Shown piece by piece: positions 13,401-27,960 of a stretch of DNA of 64,000 nt (its first letter is position 1; each line of letters begins with the position of its first letter). Below the pieces are notes generated by a model, which saw only the letters and a list, made by a program, of their open reading frames with translations, searched no databases and was not told the origin of the DNA. Source of the stretch: Convolutriloba macropyga. Lineage: Eukaryota. The stretch lies in the NCBI RefSeq assembly GCF_964194025.1, contig NC_134469.1:4588001-4652000 (forward strand). Reading direction: 5' to 3'. Position numbers and translations under genes: made by a program.

Positions 13401-14469
13401 TCAAAATGAAGAGAAATCTTCGGTAGCAAACTCACCTGACAAGGATTATCATTGCAAATTTTCGTGCCAATTTATAAAGCAATTCTTTATTGAAAAATAA
13501 ATGGAAGCTTGGGTAAAATTGAACTGAAAACTATAATTATCAGGACAGTTTCTGTCCCGGTTAACTGTCATATGAATTGTTTCTCGCTGTTTTGGTACTA
13601 ATTTTGTGGCCTTTTATTTTCTTAGAGGCTTGGAAACTTTTATTGAATAGATTTTGGTGTGTCGTTACAAAAGAAGAAGTTTCATAGTGCTTCAAGCTGA
13701 ATTAAGACGAGAAGTACTGATTGATGAGGGAAAAAAGTAAGATATCTGCGATTTCGAAACATGACAAACAGAATTGAGAAACTTATGAGTAGTGAAATGG
13801 GAATTGCATAGGCTACTTGGAAGTTAGTGACAGTCTTGCAAAGTAGCAGTATTCGAACCATTGTTAAAATGAATAAACTCAATTTCAATGGAAGGTCGCA
13901 GAGATTAATTTCCTCCTACGTCTGCAAATTGATCCGTTTTGGGTTCCTAATACATCAGTGACAAGCAGTCCCTTGAATGTTAAGAAAATGAACCATACGT
14001 GAATGATAGAAATGAGGAAAATATACATTCTTCATTGCTATGCGCGAAAAATCTACTAAATTTTGCGTAATCATAAGGCTGGAAAATAGAAATATTTCTT
14101 GTACAGCAGTGTAACAAAAACACGTGAAACATTGCCACTTCAATACAAGGAAAGATAAACTGTTCATATCCTTGCCGGAAAACGTCTTCCAACAAAAAAG
14201 GAAATTATTCTCAAAAAATCATGTAGACCTGCCCGAATAGGATGACGGTCTCTAATTGCGCAATTTGTTTAGATCAGAAAAAATTGATTTCATTAGTCTG
14301 AGGTTTTTCAAAGAATGTTGTTGAGAGTAGTGCCTTTATTGCGCGTAGCTGATAAGAGAAGCGGCATCATTTTATAGCAGGCGCAAGTTTCTACAAACAC
14401 AGACTCACGACTATTATTATCAACCATTGTCTCCCAACCCAAACCAGGCCTGTTGGTGTGTTCCTCACT

Positions 14470-14695
14470 TTAGCCCCCCCCCCCCGGCTGGGTGTTCAGA
14501 TTATATATAGCCCCCGATATGTCAATTATACCCCAATGGGGGCTTATTTTTTTGTGGCGCTATAACGGGAAAGACGCTTTCTTCAGATTACCTATAGCCC
14601 TCCGGGTGTTCAGATTATCTATAGCTCCCCGATATGTTAATAATACCCCAATGGGGGCTAATTTTTTGGGGCGTTATAATGGAAAGACGCTTTCC
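14470..14695. mobile_element. MITE-family fragment (GTCTTTCCCATTATA-type end), internally duplicated
   Basis: Two ~116-bp copies ending ..tataa(c/t)ggg/aaagacgc; related pieces at ~27505-27615, ~46545-46630, ~58735-58770. Confidence 0.6.
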
Positions 14696-15349
14696 TGAAA
14701 TCGCCTAGTACATAAAGAACAAGATCATAGTCTGTGGTGCCGGGAAGACTTGCGAGTTGATCAGTGACGAATACAAATTATTCAACTACACAGTAATGGG
14801 TTGCATGGACGGAACAGCAACTGGACTGCTAATCGGCGGAAGTTGAAATACAACAACCAGATCGACATATCTGTTAGGCATAAAAACCACTGCGGCAAGG
14901 GATAGAAGTCACACTATAAAATAAGTAGGAGTAACCACCCCGCCACCCATGTCAAATATCTGTCTATTCAAGAAAAAACTTTAGAAAGCTGTCATAATTA
15001 GAATTATCAAGCCAGGTCTTGTTCAAGAGAACAACATCAACATGATTGTTGATGCAAAAAAATTGCCAACTTAGTGCGATTTTCAAAAGCAGATGTGTTA
15101 TGACAGTTCAATGAGAGAGTGGCAAGGGTGGTAATAGTAAATAGTTCATTAACACCGTCAGTAGGTCTAGGTAAGACTCGAAGTTGAGATACAATATCCT
15201 CATGCGACTTCATGATTTTGAGCTTATTCGCCCAGTAAAATAACTTCAGATTGCGAATACGTAAATCATTGCTCTCAAAACCACACTCAATTAGTTTGTA
15301 TGTAGCAGCCCGTAACTTATTTGCGAGAGCTCTTTTTTTGAACAGATTT

Positions 15350-18300
15350 TTTGGTTTGATAAACTGACAAGTACCTTTGAGATTGTTCGCTCATTTCATA
15401 GCTACTCTACAACGTGAGCTCAATCAAGCGGAACTTTGAACTGTTTGTCGGGTCTGTCCTTTCATGTTATATACAAGGATCAATAATTTGGATTAACGTC
15501 ATTTTCTTGTCATTTATTTTATTTTGATTTCATTTCATATAACTAATCATTTTTTGGATTTTTTTATCAATGAAATCAAGTCACATCTTAGAAAAAACAA
15601 TCGGTTTCCCTCTCATAAGGAGCTCCATGTTCTGCATTGGAAGCTACGGGACACTAAGGGGTCGCCAAAATGTTGATGCTTCAATGGAAGCTGTTGGTAG
15701 AGAAGTGAAGCTGCTGAAATTACTGAGAAGACCTAATTGTTGTGATAAAACTTTTAAGTAGCTCCGGTTGTGTAATAAAACTCTGAAATAAAATTTAGAA
15801 AAGATGGATCTCATTCGAAATAACAGTGCATTCAATTTGGGTAATAAAAAGGATGGCGGCAATCATCTTGTGGTGTTCATTGAGCCAAGGGTTGATGCAA
15901 ATAACTTCATCATCTGGACAGATATCTGGGTGCTAACGCTAATCCCCAAGACATCTTAACCAGGTTATTCCGGAACTGTTTCTTCTCACTTACTACTGCT
16001 AAAGATCTCGAGAGCTTCATAAATAAGTTTAGGGGGAATTTGTAAAATAGTAAAAAACACAAAAATGTTGGTGCGTCAAAGGGAGCTGTTGGCGATCAAG
16101 GAAGGCTAATGATTTCATACATATGTCTTAGTTGTTATGATAAACTTAATAAATAGCTCCGGTTGTTTAAAAAGTCTCTTCAGAATATCTAAAATTCAAA
16201 AGATCAGGACAACGTGAGGTAAATTTGATGTAAAAATTTAAGCTTTTCGTGAATTCGGGCAAAAACGAGGAGGGCAGCAACCATTTTTTAGAGTGTACTG
16301 GGACAAGGGTTGACAAAAAAACGCCGACGCTCATCCCTAAAGACGTTTTCACGAGGCTATATCTCTGTCGTTCTGGGCTCTATCCCCGCATCTAGAAAAG
16401 AATTGTTGCTCTCCTGTGGAGGGCCTGTCTTCAGTCATAGAGGTTGACAGCATTGAGCAGTACGGTCGGCGAAAGAATCTACGTTGTTGGTGAGGAGCCA
16501 GGTGAGTATGACTTCGCAAAGTTGGCGGGTGTATTTGTGCAGGCCGGTGTAATAATCAATTTAAATGATGTTTGTACATCTCGTCGCTTACAAACTGGAG
16601 GCAAAGGTCCAAAAACAATATTGACACGTTTGACAAATAAACATCAGTTGAGGAAGAAAAAAAGAATTTAGGGGATACTGAAATTTTTGATAATGATGAG
16701 CCGACCGAGTGCCAAAACAACTAGTGAACTGAGGATGTGGAAAATTTTTGGAAAAGTTCTTAATGTTGTTGAGACAATTATTTTCTTTACGTGGTACAAT
16801 GAAAAGATGTGTTCCAAAATTTGTACAAGTTCTGAAAATGGGATATTGAGCTATTCTCTATTGTATGCAAGAGTGTAAAAAATTAAGCTCTGAAAAAATG
16901 GGATATTGAAAGCATTAGTATTTTCATCTTTTCTTTGCTAAACTATTCTTGATTCGCTGTGAGGAAGTTGAATGAAATCCAGGCTCTGAAAATGACCTCA
17001 AAACTTTTTTCAAATGTCGAAGAAATTTAATCAATAATTACACTTTGCTCATAATTGCTTTCCAAATGCATCTAAAGAGTGTATGCAACTGAGGTCTGTT
17101 AATGAAATGGGGAAAAATTGCTGAAATGGGGAAAAAAGGGGAGTGGTGTATAATAAAAAAAAAGTTTGACAGCAGATAAAAAACGTCCTATTAGAATGTA
17201 GCTCCCGATTCTCATTAACTCCTTGAATGCGATTGAAATGCAGATATTTCAAAAAAGAAATGAGTGTTTTTCAATTGTCGAGCAAAGACGAGGAGTGCAG
17301 CAATCATCTTGTGGCGTGTACTGGACCAAGTGTTGTCAAAAAAAGGTTTCACTCATATGTTAATTCTTGTGGAAAACTTATTAAAAATGTCCCGTTGTTT
17401 AAAAAGTCTCTTCAAAATAGCTAAAATTTAAAATATCAAGACGGTGTTGGTCTTATTGGTAATAAAAATACATGCAATTACCGCCAAAAAAAAGCAGATT
17501 AGCAATCATCTACTGGGCCAGGAGTTGACAAGAATGCCACATCAACTTGCCGGACATATGTGTGCCTACGCTCAACACCAAAATTTTTTTCACGAGTCAT
17601 TTCCTCTTCGGTTCCTTTGTGGTCCCGCATCGAGAAAAAGCGTTGCTTTGCTGAGGAATGCCAGTCTTCAGTCATAGCGATTGACAGCATTAAGCGGTAC
17701 GGTCTCAAAAAGGTGCGTATCTTTGTGGTGTATGAGGAGGCAGGTGTGGATGACTTTGCAAAGATGGCGAGTGTAGATAAGAAGGCCTATGTATTAATCG
17801 CTCCAATTAGTTTGTAAAATTTTAAATTTTGTTGATCAAAGTAATTTTGGTGGGTAATTTTTGTTGCATTTTTCCAAAAAAAATGCGAGTCTAAACTGTT
17901 TTTGAGTATAACGTACAACTCCCCTTGAATTATATCAGAATGAGCTCATTGATCAACCAACTAATGGCGAAAATAGACAATTCAATTGGGAAGAGATTGC
18001 ACTCATTCTAATGGGTGATTGTAACATAGATTACCCCAGTTCGGCCAAAAAAGTATCTGGACTCTTTGAATCTTACCTACGCTTTCACAATAGGTAGACC
18101 AAGGTTGCCTACGTGTGTATGTACGACAACGAAAACTCATGTGGATTATATTTTAACTTCAAACACTGCCAATGAAAAAAAAAATGATATTTGACAGTGC
18201 TTTCAAAGAAAAAAGATTCGATAGAAGAAAATTAATAAATCTTTTTTTTTCAAATCATTATCAGATAAGACATGGTTCCAATTATATGTATGATCGAATG

Positions 18301-21300
18301 CCCTTTGATATTTTTCATTATCTTTTATTGAGTGCATTGAGAAAGACTCCAAAACTGTCAAAGGAAGCGTGGTTTGACGAGCTTTGCAAACGTTTACTTC
18401 ATGAACATCAAACAGCGTACGAGAGTTTTTGGTCAAAAATCGACAGAAAAATTGGTTTCTATGCAGTAGTATCAAAACAAACTGTCCAATTTTTGAAGAG
18501 AAACAGGAAAATTTCTCCTGGAAGTGTTTCCTCTCACTTACGTCTGCTGAAGGTCTCGAGAGCTTCATCAATATGTATAGGGGACAAAAAACAAATTGTA
18601 AAATAGTAGGCAACACGAAAATGTTGGTGCGTCAAAGGGAACTGTTAGCAAACAGGGGAGGCTAATGGTTTTACATATATGTCCTAACTGTTATGATAAA
18701 TTTAATCAATAGCTCCGGCTGTTTAAAAAAAGGTGTTCAGAATAATTAAAACTTAAAAAGATCAAACCAAGAATTTGTGTCACATTTGCAGTAAAAATTC
18801 AGGCGAATCGTGAATTTCGGGCGAAGACGAGGAGTGCAGCAATCATCTTGAGGCGTGTCTGGAACAAGGGTTTTCAAAGTCAAAAAAGGTTTCACTCATA
18901 TGTCTTAATTCTTGTGGAAAACTTATTAAATAGCTCCCGTTGTTTGAAAAGTCCCTTCAGAATAGCCAAAATTTAAATTATCAAAACAGTATGGGTCTTA
19001 TTTGTAGTAAGAATACGTGCAATTCCCGCAAAAGAGGAGATTAGCAATCATCTACTGGGCCAAAAGTTGACAGGAATGCCGCATCAACTTGCCGAACATC
19101 TGTGTGCCAACGCTCATCCCCAAAAACTTCACAAGTCTCTTCCGCTTTGGTTTCTTTGTGGTCTCGCATCTAGAAAAAACGTTGTTTTTGCAGAGGAGCG
19201 CCAGCCTTCAGTCATAGAGGTTGACAGCATTAAGAAGTACGGTCTCAAAGAGTGTGCATATCTTTGTTGGGTATGAGGAGGCAGGTGAAGATGACCTTGA
19301 AACGATGGCGAATGTAGATGGGAAGGCCGGTGTAATAATCGCTTCAAATGGCAATTTGTACATCTAGTCGCTTACCAAGTGGAAATGAGGGCCAACAACC
19401 GATAATTGCCAAGTTCGCAAAACGTGATATGATAATAACTTGTGAACTAAGGACGAGAAAAAATGCTGGTAATGTTAATACTGTTGATGAAAAAAAAAGT
19501 CTGTATGCGCGGAAAAGAGAAAATTACGTTCGAAATCTGTACAAACTCCAAAAGTGGTATAATAACTTATTCTGTAAAATATGCAAGAAAGTAAAAACTT
19601 TTCGTTTGAAACACTGGGCTATCTGACGTATCAGTTTGCGCATTGATACTTTTTTCTAAACTGAACTGTTCTTGAATCGCTATGGTGACGTTGAGTGAAA
19701 TCTGGGCCCTGAAAATGACCACAAAACATTTTTAAGTCAACAATTCGGTGAAATATAAACAATTGCGAGTTTCTCATGTTAACTGTGGAAACGCATCTAA
19801 AAATGTATGCAACTGAGGTCCATTGCTAATGAAAATGGCGAAGTTGCTATTGTGGTTATAAAAAAATTTTCTTATGGAGTGTAGCTCCCAATATTCATGA
19901 ACTGGTTAGATGTCATAGAAGTGCAATAAAATAAAAAAGCGGTGAAGCAATCCTTTTCAAATCTCTTTGCAAAGGATTGTAAGGTTTTAAGCCTGTTTGA
20001 TCATTCAAAAGACGACTCATTCTGGGTTGATTTTAGGTGTAGTTCTCCAAACAACTGCGAACTTAATTTGGTTTTGAATTTAATGTACAACCCTGTTAAA
20101 TCATCTCAGAATGAGCTCCTTGAGCAATTATCGTTCAATATAGAAAACTCAGTTTCCAAGACATTCTACTCATTCTAGTGGGTGATTGTAACATAGATTA
20201 CACCAATTTTTTCAAAAACAATTGGACTCCTTACATCTACCCTACCGTTTCACAATTGATAGACTAAATTTACCTCCGGGTGTATGTACGAAAGTTCATA
20301 TTATTTTTTTTTCAACTGAAAACATTGCCAAAAATAAAAGCTGTACCTTTATCAGCGCTTTCGATGAAAAAAAATATGACATGAAAAATGATTAAATCTT
20401 ATTTGCATTGCCAGATAAGACATGGTTCAATCTCTATGAATATTCAAAATTCAATGATATGTTTAATAATTTTGGTTATCTTTTATCGAGTGCAGTGCAA
20501 ACGCCTGCTACCCCTGAGAAGTTTTTTCAGGAGAAAAACTCCAAAACTGTTAAAGGGAACGTGTTTTGACGAGGATTGCAAAAGTTGACTTCATGAACAT
20601 CAAACAGCGTAAAAGAGTTTTTGATCAAAAATAGGCGGAAAATTGCTTTCTATAAAGTTCTTTCAAAACAAAATGTCCAATTTTTTTGAATGAAATAAAG
20701 GAGATTTTCTGGAACTGTTTCCTTCACTTCCTAATGCTAAAAATCTCGAGAGCTTCATTATAGGTTTAGGGGGACAAATAGGCAAGTTGTAAAAAAATTA
20801 GGCAACACAAAAATATTGATGCGTCAATAGGAGCTGTTGGCAAACAGGGGAGGCTAATGGTTTCACACAAATGTCCTAATTGTTATGATAGTTTTAATAA
20901 ATAGCTGCGGCATTTAAAAAAGTCTGTTCAGAATAACTAATAATTAAAAGATCAAACCAAGAAGGTGCGTCACATTTGAAGTAAAAATTCATGCAAATCC
21001 TGTAATTCGGGAAAAGACGAGGAGTGCAGCAATCATCTGCGTACATTTGTTGTGGGTGAGGAGCCAGGTGAGTATGACTTTGCAAAGACTGTTTGCAAAA
21101 ACTATTGCCTCAACTTTGGAGCTTTTGGCGAACGAGAGAAGCTTATGGTTTCACACTTATGTCCCAAATGTTATGATAATTTTAATAAAAGGCTCCGGCA
21201 TTTTAAAAAGTCTGTTCAGAACAATTAATATTTAAAAGATCAAACCAAGAAGTTGTGTCACATTTGATGTTAAAATTAATTCAAATCGTGCAGTTCGGGA

Positions 21301-24300
21301 AAAGACGAGGAGTGCAGCAATCATCTGCGTACATTTGTTGTGGGTGAGGAAAAAGGTGAGTATGAACTCGCAAAGACGGCGAGTGTAGCTTAGCAGGCCG
21401 GTATCGTAATCACTTTAAAGGATGTTTGTTAATCTAGTAGCTCACAAAGTGGAGGCAAAAGCCCAAAAACCAATAACTGACAAGTTTGTTAGAGGTGAAA
21501 CTAAACATCAGTTGACGAAGAAAAAAGGAATTTAAGGGAATTTAATATATTTGATAAAGATGAGCTCACCAAGTGATAAGATAACTAGTGAAATGTGGAA
21601 GTGGGAAATTGTTGGAAATGTTCTTAATGTTAGTTAGATAATTGTTTTCTTTGTGTGGTACACGGAAAAGATGTGTTAGAAAAACTGTGCAAATTCTAAA
21701 AATAGGATATTGAGGTATTCTGAAATATATGCAAGAGTGTATAATATGTCCCTTTGAAACAAGGGGATACCTAAAGGATCAGTTTCTCCATCTCTTGTTT
21801 GCTAAACTATTCTTGATTCGCTGTGGTGAAGATGAATGAAATCCCGTCTCTCAAATTCACCTGAAAAACTATAGCAAAATATTGAAGAAATATAATCAAA
21901 ATTTACGCTTTGCTGATATTAACTTTCCAAACGCATCTAAGGAGTGTATGCAACTGAGCTCTTTTGTTAATGAAATGGGAAAAACTGCTACTGTGGTCTT
22001 ATCAAAAAAGTGTGGTTTGACAGCAGATAAAAATTGTCCTCATATAATGTAGCTCCCGATTCTCATTAGCCCTTTGAATACGATAGAAGTGCAGAATGTT
22101 CAAAAAAGAAATGATTCTTGTAATGTTTTTCCAACGTTGCTTCAAATGGTTTGTTAGATTTTAAAATTGGTTGATCATTCAAAATACGACTCATTGTGTT
22201 TAATTTTTGTTGCAGTTTTCCAAGCAACCGCGAGTCTACACTGCTTTTGAATAAAACGTGCAATCCACTTGAATTATATCAGAATGAGTTCCTTGATCAA
22301 TTGTTGGCCATTACAAACAATTCATTTGGGATGAGTTTCTAATCATTCTGATGGGTGATTGTAACATAGATTACCCCAATTCGGCCTAACAAGTATCTGG
22401 ACTCTTTGAATATTACCTGCGCTTTCACAATAGGTAGATCAATGTTGCCTACGAGTGTAAGTACAACAACGAAAACTCATGTGGATTATACTTTAACTTC
22501 AAACACTGCCAATGAACAAAGATTGATATTTGACAGTGCTTTCAAAGAAAAATGATTCGATAGAAGAAAATTTATAAATGTTCTTTTCAAATGATTGTCA
22601 GATAAGACATGGTTCCAATTATATGAATGATCAAATGCCAATGATAGGCTTGATATGTTTCATTATCTTTTATCGGGTGCATTGCAAAAAACTGCTACCG
22701 TTGAGGAGGTGTTTTTTAGGAGAAGGACTCCAAAACTGTCATAGGAAGCGTGGTTTGACGAGCTTTGCAAACGTTTACTTCATGGATATCAAACAGCGTA
22801 CGAGAGTTTTTGGTCAAAAATTGACAAAAAAAATTGGTTCACTTAATACTTCTAAAGATCTCGAGAGCTTCATCAATAAGTATAGGGGGACAAATGAGCG
22901 ATTTGTAAAATAGTAGGCAACACAAAAACGTTGATGCGTCAATGAGAGCTGTTGGTGAAGAAGGGAGGCTATGGGTTTGAGACATATGTCTTAATTCTTG
23001 TGGAAAACTTATTAAAATAGCACCCGTTGTTTAAAAAGTCTCTTCAGAAAAGCTAAAAGTTAAAATATCAAGACCATGTGGGTCACCTTTGAAGTAAGAT
23101 AGCGTGCAATTCCCGCCAAAAAGAGGAGATTAGCAATCATCTACTGGACCAGGGGTTTACAAGAATGCCGTATCATTTTGCAGGACATCTGTGTGCCGGC
23201 GCTCATCCCCAAAAAATTTTTCACAAATTATTTTTCACAAAAAAATTTTCACAAATCTTCCTGTTTGGTTTCTTTGTGGTCCCGCATCTAGAAAAACGTT
23301 GCTTTGCTGAGGAGTGCCAGTCTTCAGTCATAGAAATTGTCAGCATTAGGCAGTACGGTCTCAAAAAAAATTCGTATCTTTGTTGTGTATGAGGAGGCTG
23401 GTGAGGATGACTTTGCAAAGATGGCGAGTGTAGATGGGAAGGCCGGTGTAATAACCACTTCAAATGGTGTTTGTACATCGAATCGCTCACCAAGTGGAAG
23501 CGAAGGCCAAAAACCGATAATTGACACGTTCGTTAGACGTGATATTAAACATCAGTAGACGAAGTGCCACAATAACTTGTGAACTAAGGAAGCAAAAAAA
23601 TGCTGGTTATGTTCTGACTGTTGATGAAACAATATTGTCTTTATGCGGGGAAAATGAAAAAATTGTGTTCTAAATCTGTACATGTTCCATAAGTGGTATA
23701 ATAACTTATTCTGTAATAAATGCAAGAATGTAAAAAAATTTTTTGTTTGAAAGATTGGGCTATCTGACGCATCAGTATGCGCATTTATTTATCTCTTCTA
23801 AAGTGAACTGTGCTTGAACCGCTTGTGGTGAAGTTGAGTGAAATCCCGGCCTTGAAAATGACAGCAAAAAGTATTTATTCAAAATTTTGGAGAAATTTAA
23901 ACAATATTTGCGCGTCGCTCATATTAACAATGAAAACGCATCTAAAAAGTATATGAAACTGAGGTCTATTGTTAATGAAGTCTGCAAAATTGCTTTTGTA
24001 GTTATAAAAATTTGGCCCTATGGAATGTAGCTCCCAATACTCATGAACTAGATAGATGTGATAGAAGTGCAATAAATTCAAAAAAAGAAAAGGGGTTGGG
24101 TAAGCCTTTTTAAAACTCTTTCCAAAGGATTGTATGGTTTTGAGCCTACGGTTTCACAATAGGTAGAGTAAGTTTATCTACGCGTGAATGTAGAAAAAGT
24201 AATTTTTACTTTATCTTAACTGAATACATTGCCAAAGATAAAAGCTTTATATTTAGCAGTGTTTTCAAAGAACAAAAATTTGATATGAAAAAGTGATTAA

Positions 24301-26400
24301 ATCTTATTTTGCAAATCATTGAAGACATGGCTCAAAACAAGTGAAAGTTTAAATGCCAATGATACGTTAAATATGTTTCGCTATCTTATATCGGGTGCAG
24401 TGGAAAAGCCTGCTGCCAGTGAGAAAATATTTTCGGGAGAACGACTCGACAACTGTCAACGAAAACGTGGTTTGACGACGATTGCAAAAGTTTACTACGT
24501 GAACATCAAACATCGTATGAGGGATTGTGTTCAAAAATAGACAGAAAATTGGTTTTAATGCAGTAGGTATCACTACAAACTGTCCGATTGTTTGAAAAAT
24601 AAGAGAATTTCTCGTGTAACTGTTTCCTCTTACTTAATACTTCTAAGGATCTCGGGAGTTTCATCATTCATTTTAGGGGGACAAATAAGCAAGTTCTAAA
24701 ATAGAAGGCAATTCAAAAATTTTGGTGCATAAATAAGAGCTGTTGATGAAGAGGGGAGGCTATTGGTTTCACTCATATGTCTTAATTCTTGTGGAAAACT
24801 TAATAAATAGCTCCCGCTGATTAAAAAGTCTCTTCAAAAAATCTAAAAGTTAAAAAATCAAGCCAAGGTTGGTTACATTTGAAGTAAGAATGCGTGCAAT
24901 TCTAGGCAAAAAGAGGAGAGGAGCAATCATATTGTGGAATCTACTGGGCCAAGGGTTGACAAGAATGCCGCATCATCTGAACTGACATCTGTGCGCCAGC
25001 GCCCATCTCCAAAAACTTTTTCACAAGACCCCTCCTCTTTGGTTTCTTTGTTATCCAGCATCAAAGAACGTTGCTCCGCTGTCTTCAGTTATAGAGGGTG
25101 ACAGCATTGAGCAGCACGGTCTCAACAAATGTGCGTATCTTTGTTGTGCTTAAGGAGGCTGGTGAGAATGACTTTGCAAATGTGGAAAGTGTAGCTGAGA
25201 AGGCCAGTGTCATAATCACTTCATATGATGTTTATACATCTAGTTGCTTGCCAACTCAATGCAAAACCCCAGAACCGGAAAGATAAAAGGAATTTGATAA
25301 ACTTATATATTTGATAATGGCGACTTACCACATTTCGTGCCAACATAACTAGTAAATTAAGGAGGAGAGAGCAAATGTTGATAATGTTCCTACGGTTAAT
25401 GGGAAAATGTAGTCTTTATGTGGGACTATGAAAAGATTGTATTCAAAAATCTTTACAAGTTCCAAAAGTGGTATACTGATATAATGAGCTTTTCTGTAAT
25501 GTACGCAAGAATGTAAAAAAATTTTTGTTTTAAACATCGGGCTATCTGACGCATCCGTTTGTGCATTGACCTTTTTTTCTTTACTGACCTATTCTTGAGC
25601 TGCTGTGGTAAATTTGAGCGAAATCGAGGCCCTGACTTTCAGTATAAAAGTTTTTTTAAAGTGTTGGAGAAATATGAACAAATTATAAGCGCTGCTCATA
25701 ATAACTTCAATTCGATTCGAAAACCGTATGCAACTGAGATCTTTTGTCAACGACATGGGTAAAAATGCTTTTGTATGTATATCAGAGAGTTAGTTGATAG
25801 CAGATGGAGAACCGTTCTTATGGATAATAGTCTTAATGCTCATGAACTATTTGGATGTGATAGAAGTGTTAAAACTTCAAAAAAGAAAGAGATGGTGTAA
25901 TGCTTTTCAAAACTCGCTCTAAAGGATCGTAAGGTTCTAAACTGGTCTCATCAACCAAATTACCACTCATTGTGAGTTGAATGCCGGTGCTTTGGTCAAA
26001 CAACTGCAGGTCTAAATTGTTTTATTATATTTACAAACCCCATAAGTTATATCAGAATGACTTCCATGAGCAATTATTGGAAAATAAAGACAATTCATTT
26101 CAAAACTAGATTCAGATCACTCTAATGAGTCATTACAGTATAGATTACTTTAAATTTTGTGAAAAATAATTTGGACTCCGTAAAACAATCTGCCTGAAAT
26201 TATGAAAGAAACACAGGAGAAGTTCTCCTGCAACTGTCTGCTCTCTTTTACTACTGCTAAAAATTGCGAGTTTTATCAAAATTGTTAGGGGGACAAGTAA
26301 ACAAGCTGTAAATTTTGCTGCATTAAAAATTTTCTTCTGTGATTTGATCATTGACATCAATAATTTGGACACTTTGTTTAGTATTCTCAATCATAGGGAA
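15350..26400 (+). mobile_element. Tandem array of decayed CR1/L2-type LINE 5' halves (PHD-like + RRM-type ORF1, APE endonuclease)
   Basis: ORF1-like IFVVYEEAGEDDFAKMASV..KAGV..SR.PSG..G.KPII recurs at ~16490, 17720, 19260, 21330, 23375, 25135; endonuclease (M/V)GDCNIDY at ~18010, 20178, 22351 with PT.V.TTTKTHVDY; all frames broken. Confidence 0.75.
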
Positions 26401-26479
26401 GTTTTTTAGTAAGAAAAATTCAGAAACACCTAGTTTTGCTGTTGTTGCTTATCTTTATTTTTTATGACCACTATCAGAA

Positions 26480-27960
26480 GAAGATTTTTTTGATATCGTC
26501 ATTGAGCTAAATCTCAACACGCCCGATGGTTCTGATAAAATACCCGCCTAGGCAGAAATTTTAGCACCCTAAATTATTATCAATCGACGCCTTAGGAACT
26601 GTGTTTCCCTTACAACGCTTAAAAGATCTGCCATTAATCTAAATTAAAAAAGATAATACCATGGGCCCTTCAAACTATCACCCGATCTCGATAACTACTT
26701 CGATATCTAATAAGTCAGAAAAAATTTGCACAAAGAAACTACAGGCTATAATGAGAGTATAAAGTTATTATCGCAGCTTCAGTTTGGAATTTGACTTAAG
26801 ATTTCAGCACATGGCGATATTCTATTTGCATTGAACCAGTCTAACGTGAAATTGATAATGATAACATTGCTCAAGCCGTTCTGCTCAATTAATCTAAATA
26901 CTTCGACTCGCTGTCTCATCAAATCATATGAGAAAAATACAATCTCTAAGCTTTTGAACTTCTGCATTACAGGTCATGTAATGTTCTCTTGAGGTTCCCC
27001 TTCAGCAATTTTGTGTATTGGAGTTGGGTCATAATGGGATGAACTAAAACAAGGTGTTCCCAAGGGAACAGTTTTAGGTCAACTTGTTTTCAATTTACAT
27101 ATAAATGAGCTCCCAGAGCAAGTAAATGGAACTGGTAAAACTGAGCAAGTGATTGAAACTGGTTTTGCAGTATGCGGATGATTTGTTGATGTTTTGTAGG
27201 CATATTGCTTTAAAATTTTGGAAGGAAAAAAAGTTTAATAACTTACTTTTGTTTCAATAAGGGGATTTTGAGTGCCAAAACGCTCAGTTCATTACGATCT
27301 AGCGCAAATATGATATCGGGCTCAATGATTCGGAAACTGTAACCGTAGTAAATCAACAGTAAAAAAATTAAACCAGTGTAAATATCTGAGATCTACAACA
27401 GACAATCCCCTTCAGTTTCAACCACAAGTAAAAAAAAAGTTACAAAAAATATGGCTTTTAGTATCAGAAAAATTGAAACTGTACATCTCAGAATTCACGG
27501 CCCTTTGCCATTATATCCCCCCACAGTAGTGTTCAGTTAAACCATAGTCCCCAATAACAGTAATTATACCATAGTGGGGCCTATAAATTGATGTGGTCTA
27601 TAATGGGAAAGACCCGAATCCCCACCACAGTATTGCTTGTGCTTATTCCTGTACTTTTTATTAGTCACTAAGGGTATTCTGCTTCAAATCTCTTTCAAAT
27701 GAGTTCAACTTATGTGCTTTCTTTATAGAAACAGATGAATTGGAATTTTGCTTTTTTTCATTCTACCATCGAACTATGAAATAAGTTAAGAAAACGTAAA
27801 AATGTAGTCTGAATAGGACAGCTGATTGAGTTGACATCTTTGACTTACTAATTGCAATACATGAAGATTATGAAAGGCATATTGCTTTAAAATTGAACCA
27901 ACAGCTCAAAATATCTACGGCCATTTATTGGATTAACAAGCGTGCGAACATTTCGAAGGT
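26480..27960 (+). mobile_element. Decayed CR1/L2-type LINE reverse transcriptase
   Basis: NYHPISIT (~26672), ELKQGVPKGTVLGQLVFNLHINELP (27041-27115), QYADD (27168-27182); stops and frameshifts; MITE inserted near 27505. Confidence 0.8.
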
